Positions 16,878 to 21,645 of a DNA stretch of 24,000 nucleotides are shown piece by piece. Below the pieces are notes generated by a model. It worked only from the letters and a program-made list of their open reading frames with translations. It ran no database searches and was not told where the DNA came from. The position numbers and the translations under genes were made by a program. The stretch comes from Nodosilinea sp. LEGE 07088 (GTDB lineage: Bacteria > Cyanobacteriota > Cyanobacteriia > Phormidesmidales > Phormidesmidaceae): assembly GCF_015207395.1 (NCBI RefSeq), contig NZ_JADEWX010000057.1:7235-31234 (forward strand), read 5' to 3'. Each line of letters starts with the position of its first letter. The first letter of the stretch is position 1.

Positions 16878-17354
16878 TTAGGACAACGAGTGAATAATCA
16901 AATCAAAGTAAGGGGCGACTTCAGCGCCATCTTCTTCACTCATTAGAGACATGGCTTCCTCTTTGAGGCAGCGCATACACTCGGCAATATTCCGAATCGG
17001 AATTTCCAGGTTGTTGTACATTTCTTTAATGCCAACGGTGCCAATTTCTTCGAGGGGTCGCTCACTACCTGCCAAAATTGAATAGGCAATTAGTCGTACA
17101 TACCAGCCTTGATCGCGCTGACAGGAGGCTGTTTTACGCTCGTTGCCGCAGTTGCTGGGGGTGTTAGGACAGCGTTCCCAAAATCTGGCGCTGCCGTTTT
17201 GAACGATTCGCTGCTCGTTTTCGGCTAGGATTTTGGCGATGCGAATGCGCTGCTCTCCGGTTTTTACGAAATCTTGGTAGATGCGTATTTCCTTAGGAGC
17301 CGGATAACGAGCCTCACTATCTGCACTCAAGATTAGTTCTGTCACCAAACTCAT
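16878..17354 (-). CDS. apcD5: Far-red allophycocyanin alpha-type paralog, first gene of the minus-strand array
   Basis: MSLVTELILSADSEARYPAPKEI. The bilin Cys is retained (TASCQRDQGWYVRL). 158 aa. The paralog number is assigned from gene order. Confidence 0.85.
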   Translation of the reverse strand: MSLVTELILSADSEARYPAPKEIRIYQDFVKTGEQRIRIAKILAENEQRIVQNGSARFWERCPNTPSNCGNERKTASCQRDQGWYVRLIAYSILAGSERPLEEIGTVGIKEMYNNLEIPIRNIAECMRCLKEEAMSLMSEEDGAEVAPYFDLIIHSLS

Positions 17355-17428
17355 AATCTATTATCTCCAAGCGGGTTGACGAAGTGTTTGAAACTGTTGA
17401 ATAAATCTTCCGATCAAGGGTTGGTAGG

Positions 17429-17482
17429 AGAATAAGCGATAAAAATGAAGAACCTATGAAGCATGAATTTTGCTTCAAGAAA
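17429..17482 (-). promoter_or_regulatory. Candidate apcD5-operon promoter: TTCAT-N6-TTCAT, 10-nt spacer, then TATTCT (gene-sense), plus conserved upstream flank
   Basis: The plus strand reads AGAATA(17429-17434)-N10-ATGAAGAACCTATGAA(17445-17460). 17441-17460 is a 20/20 reverse-complement match to 20251-20270 upstream of chlF, in the same orientation and at similar distance from the start codon. Confidence 0.55.
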
Positions 17483-17577
17483 CTATATGCCTCGAGGATT
17501 TGACGGACGCAGCAGGAAGTCCAGGCAGATAGTCCGGGTATCAACATGATCTAGGGCAAGTCTGGGTGTGGGGATTT

Positions 17578-17672
17578 AGAAGCCAGGAGCCAGCAGGCCG
17601 CGCTCTCCTAACTCCTACTCCTGGCTTCTGACGGCTATCTAATAAATTTGCCCCGCTTTAAACCGATACCTT
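17578..17672 (+). repeat. Dispersed intergenic repeat copy B, inverted relative to copy A, with an internal 12-bp stem
   Basis: AGAAGCCAGGAG (17578-17589) pairs with CTCCTGGCTTCT (17618-17629). The segment CTTCTGACGGCTATCTAATAAATTTGCCCCGCTTTAAACCGATACC matches the reverse complement of 15961-16010. Confidence 0.6.
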
Positions 17673-17711
17673 TTCATACTGAGTACCGATAAGTAGCTGG
17701 GTTAATTCAAA

Positions 17712-17779
17712 TGTAGGATGGGTTAGCGATAGCGTAACCCATGCAGGTGTTGGGTTTCGTTCCTCAACCGCAACCTACA
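17712..17779. repeat. MITE-like small palindromic element with terminal inverted repeats
   Basis: TGTAGGATGGGTT...AACCGCAACCTACA termini (imperfect inverted repeat). The internal GGGTTAGCGATAGCGTAACCC and GTTGGGTTTCGTTCCTCAACC motifs resemble a repeat type I recall as widespread in cyanobacterial intergenic DNA. Confidence 0.45.
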
Positions 17780-17816
17780 CGGTCTTATATTTGATTGGGT
17801 CTTCCTACTTAGCGTC

Positions 17817-17848
17817 TTCCCAGGAATTTCAGAGTTTAGTGCTTCAAT
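17817..17848 (+). promoter_or_regulatory. Candidate psbO promoter: TTCCC-N6-TTCAG, 10-nt spacer, then TTCAAT
   Basis: TTCCCAGGAATTTCAG(17817-17832)-N10-TTCAAT(17843-17848). An ungapped 38-nt alignment to the psbA3 upstream element gives about 26 matches by hand. It lies about 100 nt upstream of the psbO ATG. Confidence 0.4.
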
Positions 17849-17940
17849 CAATGATTGTCCTGGGTGTGGCCTAGGCGGCAGCGTCCTTCTCTGTTGTCCA
17901 GAAAGCCGCAGTAAACCCTATGCCAAAGAGGTCAATTTTT

Positions 17941-18783
17941 ATGCGCTATCGCACCTTGGTTGCTGTAGTTTTAGCCCTTTGCCTGGGGCTGATTACAGCG
18001 TGCAGCGGCAGCCCCCGAGCGGGAGATCAAGCTTTGAGCTATGACCAAATTAAAGGAAGCGGGTTGGCTAACCTATGCCCGCAAATTTCTGAAACCCGGC
18101 GAGATGCGATCGCCATTGCTCCTAATCAGTCCTACACCCTAGAGGAGATGTGTTTACAGCCCACCGCCTTCTTGGTTAAGCAGGAGCCGTTGGTCAAGCG
18201 CGCCAGCGCCAGCCAGGCCACCCAGTTTATGCCCACCAAGCCGCTGACCCGAGCTAGTTTTTCCATTGACCAGGTCAGTGGAGTATTAAAAGCCGATGCC
18301 GACGGTCGCCTGACCTTTATGGAACAAAGCGGCTTCGACTTTCAGCCGATTACGGTGCAACTCCCCGATGGCGAGCGCGTGCCGCTGCTCTTTTCTATCA
18401 AGGGGCTGGTGGCGCAAACGCTGGAAGCGGCCAAGAGCATCAACCCCTTAACCCAGTTCAGCGGCACCTTTCAGGTACCGGCCTACCGCACCGCAGGCTT
18501 TTTAGACCCCAAAGGGCGTGGGGTTATGGTGGGCTACGATGCCGCCGTAGGCTTACCCCCCCAGGCCGATAGTAAAGAGTTTCAGCGCTCGAATACAAAA
18601 GTCTTTGAGGTTGACGAAGGCACGTTGACCCTGCGGGTAGAGCGGGTAGACCAGGGTACCGGAGAAATCGCGGGGGTGTTTGAAAGCATTCAGCCCTCGG
18701 ATACCGACTTTGGCGCTAAAGATCCCATGGATGTCAAAATCCAGGGTGTTTTCTACGCCCGACTGAACTCAGAAATGGCCTAG
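17941..18783 (+). CDS. psbO: Photosystem II manganese-stabilising protein PsbO, cluster-encoded paralog with a lipobox-like signal peptide
   Basis: LSYDQIKGSGLANLCP...MCLQPTAFLVKQEP, DFQPITVQLPDGERVPLLFSIKGLVA, YRTAGFLDPKGRG and VKIQGVFYARL all match PsbO. The start is taken at ATG 17941 (AGAGG 9 nt upstream). The signal sequence ends LGLITAC. Confidence 0.88.
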   Translation: MRYRTLVAVVLALCLGLITACSGSPRAGDQALSYDQIKGSGLANLCPQISETRRDAIAIAPNQSYTLEEMCLQPTAFLVKQEPLVKRASASQATQFMPTKPLTRASFSIDQVSGVLKADADGRLTFMEQSGFDFQPITVQLPDGERVPLLFSIKGLVAQTLEAAKSINPLTQFSGTFQVPAYRTAGFLDPKGRGVMVGYDAAVGLPPQADSKEFQRSNTKVFEVDEGTLTLRVERVDQGTGEIAGVFESIQPSDTDFGAKDPMDVKIQGVFYARLNSEMA

Positions 18784-18786
18784 TTT

Positions 18787-18946
18787 TGAAAGGCAGAAGG
18801 CGGAAGGCAGAGGCAGAAGGCAGAAGGCAGAAGGCAGAAGGCAGAAGGCAGAAGGCAGAAGCAGAAGGCAGAACGGGAATTCCAGGTCTGACCAGGGTTT
18901 TCGCGTTAGTCAACCGGTGGGCTACTGCCGCCGTAGAGCACTAGCC
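18787..18946 (+). repeat. About 12 tandem GGCAGAA heptamers (STRR-like) plus a conserved tail: dispersed repeat copy 2
   Basis: 18790-18873 is a near-perfect 7-nt-period array starting 4 nt after the psbO stop. The tail AGGGTTTTCGCGTTAGTCAACCGGTGGGCTACTGCCGCC matches copy 1 at 12155-12195. Confidence 0.85.
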
Positions 18947-19044
18947 CCAGAGAAGTTGCCAAAGATGAGTCCCTCACAGACTTAGGCCCAGCAACATATT
19001 TTCGATAGCACGTTTTACTGCTGTGATAATTATGGAGAACCCCC

Positions 19045-19179
19045 ATGGCTAACTACAACGTTGATCAGCCGCAGTCATATCCTATCTTTACCGTGCGGTG
19101 GCTAGCGGTTCACACCCTGGCTGTCCCGACGGTGTTTTTCTTGGGTGCGATCGCGGCAATGCAGTTTGTCCAGCGCTAG
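19045..19179 (+). CDS. psbF: Cytochrome b559 beta subunit paralog (orphan psbF, 44 aa), absent from the ORF track
   Basis: Hand translation gives [44 protein letters not shown], with stop TAG at 19177-19179. It closely matches the canonical PsbF core ([29 protein letters not shown]) and includes the heme-ligand His. GGAGA lies 6 nt upstream of the ATG. No psbE, psbL or psbJ is adjacent. Confidence 0.85.
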   Translation: MANYNVDQPQSYPIFTVRWLAVHTLAVPTVFFLGAIAAMQFVQR

Positions 19180-19217
19180 GCTGCCCTATCGGCTGGCGAC
19201 AATAAACTTCCAACAAA

Positions 19218-19246
19218 AAGGTGCTCAGGCATGGCCTGAGCACCTT
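19218..19246. terminator. Terminator hairpin between convergent psbF and psbV, possibly bidirectional
   Basis: AAGGTGCTCAGGC-ATG-GCCTGAGCACCTT, a 13-bp perfect stem. It is flanked by AAAAA on the left, which gives a U-tract for the minus-strand psbV transcript, and by GGTTTAT on the right. Confidence 0.75.
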
Positions 19247-19269
19247 GGTTTATAGCTTGCTCCGGTGGA

Positions 19270-19785
19270 TTAGCGTCCAGGCTTGCCGCTGGCCCAGATG
19301 CGACCAATAATATTGGGCTGGGCTAACACATAGCCAGAGATATCCGCTAAATCTTGATCGGTGAGCGTCTTCATTCTGGGGAATAAATCGACCCTGGCCG
19401 TGGAGGGATGAAGTTCTTCCAGTGACCCTAGGCCGTCGTAGGTGGTGGGATTTTTCAAGTAGTCAATAATTCCTTCTAAATTGTCGCGAGCAGGGAGTGC
19501 TAAGGCCAGAGTCTGTGGGGCCAGACTAATATCTGGATTGGGCTTAGTAATGCCGTCTAAATGGCAAGCAGAGCAGGTGCCGTTAAATTTCTTGCGACCG
19601 TTGGCAAGCTGTTGTTCGGTCAAGGTGATGACATCACCCGATGCGTTGAGCGGCACCGTGCGGGCCGACTCGCTGATTTCAATAGCGAGGGCGGCTTTAG
19701 TGGGTATTTGAAAAGCTATAACTATAGCTAGGCCAACTATCAGGAGGATTCTTCCTGGCATAAATTTTTCAAAAAATTGAGCCAT
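19270..19785 (-). CDS. psbV: Cytochrome c-550 (PsbV) paralog
   Basis: Signal peptide, heme motif CSACH, DNLEGIIDYLKNPTTYDG and ELHPS (distal His) match PsbV. AAGGA lies 7 nt upstream of the ATG at 19785. Confidence 0.85.
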   Translation of the reverse strand: MAQFFEKFMPGRILLIVGLAIVIAFQIPTKAALAIEISESARTVPLNASGDVITLTEQQLANGRKKFNGTCSACHLDGITKPNPDISLAPQTLALALPARDNLEGIIDYLKNPTTYDGLGSLEELHPSTARVDLFPRMKTLTDQDLADISGYVLAQPNIIGRIWASGKPGR

Positions 19786-19932
19786 TAAATTATCCTTAAA
19801 AGCGCTTCAGTAGGTTTGAAGCTACCATATTTCTATGTTTTTTATTCTGATTAAGTAGACTTAAAAAATATTTCTTTAGATGAAAATAAAGATTAATAAA
19901 ACCCTTGAATTCATCCATAATTTAGCGAAAGA

Positions 19933-19964
19933 TTCCCAAGAAATTCATCTTTTTGTGCTCTGTT
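19933..19964 (+). promoter_or_regulatory. Fifth copy of the half-site pair (TTCCC-N6-TTCAT) in the AT-rich psbV/chlF divergent region
   Basis: TTCCCAAGAAATTCAT (19933-19948) is followed by CTTTTTGTGC, then TCTGTT at the 10-nt offset, which is a weak -10. It lies about 400 nt upstream of the chlF ATG and about 150 nt upstream of psbV on the opposite strand. Confidence 0.3.
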
Positions 19965-20237
19965 CTGGAAGCGATCGCGCCAGCAGATTGGCGGGTACAT
20001 CCCATTTCTGTAAGTGTCTGCCTGATGGCCACAGGGGCAGGGATCCACGGTGCAGAGACTCGTTGGCTTAGGCAAACCCATCTCTATGTCTCCCCTATCT
20101 CTACCTCTCCTAGAAGGGAATGTTTACCCCGTTCTTTCACAGCTTGTCCTGAGCTAAATTTGGGGTGGAGGAAGTCCTTCATTTGCTTGGGCCAGAGAAC
20201 TTTCAACCCCTTAAATGGGCGTGTAACGTTCCTTAAA

Positions 20238-20282
20238 GCAGATTTTCACATTCATAGGTTCTTCATTTTTCTCTTCTAGGTT
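20238..20282 (+). promoter_or_regulatory. Candidate chlF promoter: TTCAT-N6-TTCAT, 10-nt spacer, then TAGGTT
   Basis: TTCATAGGTTCTTCAT(20251-20266)-N10-TAGGTT(20277-20282). 20251-20270 is identical to the reverse complement of 17441-17460. The flanking GCAGATTTTCACA resembles the apcD5 flank GCAAAATTCATGC. Confidence 0.55.
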
Positions 20283-20351
20283 AAGCAGTAATTGAGCACG
20301 GCCAACCCTGCGTTGGAGGGGGTGCCGTCAGTTTTGGTTGAGGAACTACTT

Positions 20352-21557
20352 ATGACCACACAGCTTGGTAGAACGGTTGCCATCAATCGTTCTAGCCAAC
20401 TTGAAGCCGCAGAGATAACTCGCCGCACACCGGCTGGTTTAGGGCGCAGACAAATTAACCCTTGGGAGCGCTTTTGTCGGTGGGTAACGAGTACTGAAAA
20501 CCGCATTTATGTTGGCTGGTTTGGGGTGCTTATGATACCCACGATGGCTACGGCTGCCACCGTGTTTGTTCTGGCCTTTATCGCCGCTCCAGCGGTAGAT
20601 ATGGATGGCACTGGGCGAGCCATTTCGGGCGCCCTGCTTGACGGTAATAACCTGATTAGTGGGGCCGTGGTGCCGACATCGGCGGCCATTGGGCTACATT
20701 TTTACCCCATTTGGGAGGCCGCCTCTTTGCAGGAATGGCTGACCAACGGTGGCCCCTATCAGCTGATCGTGCTGCACTTTGTGATTGGCATCATCAGCTA
20801 TCAAGATCGGGAGTGGGAGCTGAGCTATCGCCTGGGCATGCGCCCCTGGATTTCGCTGGCGTTTACGGCTCCGGTGGCGGCAGCGGTGTCGGTGCTGCTG
20901 ATTTATCCGGTGGGCCAGGGGAGTTTTTCTTCGGGTATGCCCCTGGGAATTTCCGGCACCTTCACCTTCATGCTGCAATTTCAGGCCGACCACAACATTC
21001 TGGCCAGCCCATTTCACCAGCTTGGGGTAATTGGCGTATTTGGCGGGTCGTTGCTCTGTGCGGCCCATGGTTCTCTGGTGACCTCGGCAGTTATTCGCCC
21101 GGGCGTTGGCGAAGCCTCTCGGGAGCATCGCCCCTTGGGGTGGAAGAAACCCGCCTGGGCCGTGAGACCCGGTCAAACCTATAGCTTTGACTATGCCCAA
21201 GCCCACCAGGAGAAGCTGCTCTGGCGAGGCATGAAATTTAAAGATTCGCGATCGCTGCACTTTTTCCTGGCCGCCTTTCCGGTTGCGGGGATTTGGTCGG
21301 CAGCGTTGGGAGTGGATATGGCCGCCTTTGGGTTTGATCGATTTTCGGTGGGCGGTGCCATGGAGAGCTATGCCCAAAAGACCGTGGTGCCCACCTGGGC
21401 CGACCTCGTAACCCAGGCCAACCAGGGCATTAAGGCCATTGAAGAGACAGACACCATGTCGGTTCCAATTTTGCTGAGTGCCGCCGCCGATCGCGCAGCA
21501 GCCGCTGCCGACGATGGGGGTCTGCTATTGCAGCAAGTCAGTGACCCCTTGGGCTAG
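20352..21557 (+). CDS. chlF: Chlorophyll f synthase (super-rogue D1, PsbA4/ChlF)
   Basis: D1 fold, but the Mn ligands are lost: FSSGMPLG replaces FSDGMPLG, QADHNIL replaces QAEHNIL, and no [14 protein letters not shown]-terminus is present. It has [10 protein letters not shown] (the QD motif) where D1 has GREWELSY. Start taken at ATG 20352 (MTTQLGR, GAGGA 7 nt upstream). Confidence 0.88.
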   Translation: MTTQLGRTVAINRSSQLEAAEITRRTPAGLGRRQINPWERFCRWVTSTENRIYVGWFGVLMIPTMATAATVFVLAFIAAPAVDMDGTGRAISGALLDGNNLISGAVVPTSAAIGLHFYPIWEAASLQEWLTNGGPYQLIVLHFVIGIISYQDREWELSYRLGMRPWISLAFTAPVAAAVSVLLIYPVGQGSFSSGMPLGISGTFTFMLQFQADHNILASPFHQLGVIGVFGGSLLCAAHGSLVTSAVIRPGVGEASREHRPLGWKKPAWAVRPGQTYSFDYAQAHQEKLLWRGMKFKDSRSLHFFLAAFPVAGIWSAALGVDMAAFGFDRFSVGGAMESYAQKTVVPTWADLVTQANQGIKAIEETDTMSVPILLSAAADRAAAAADDGGLLLQQVSDPLG

Positions 21558-21645
21558 CAACGACAAGGCTAACGCCAACTTATTAGCCCTGGGCTAACGC
21601 CAGATGGTTAGCAACAGATTGTTTAGTGACAGAAGGAGCGTTTCC

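Noticed and set aside
16631-17547. ORFs 16631..16846 and 17317..17547 in the apc intergenic regions
   Set aside because: Both overlap the start codons of real apc genes, lack ribosome-binding sites and have non-protein-like composition. They were treated as spurious.
18790-18873. Possible CRISPR array, given the regular short repeats
   Set aside because: The period is only 7 nt with no spacers, no repeat of 25-40 nt and no cas genes. It is a simple heptamer microsatellite (STRR-like).
19880-20279. Plus-strand ORFs 19880..20071 and 19953..20279 upstream of chlF
   Set aside because: They have no Shine-Dalgarno, and they are Cys/Arg/His-rich without any recognisable motif. They span the AT-rich island and the candidate promoter. 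The region is more likely leader or non-coding DNA.
20292-20351. TTG start extending chlF by 20 codons
   Set aside because: The downstream ATG at 20352 has a GAGGA Shine-Dalgarno and gives MTTQLGR, which parallels D1 MTTTLQR. The predicted -10 at 20277-20282 would put the transcription start at or after the TTG.
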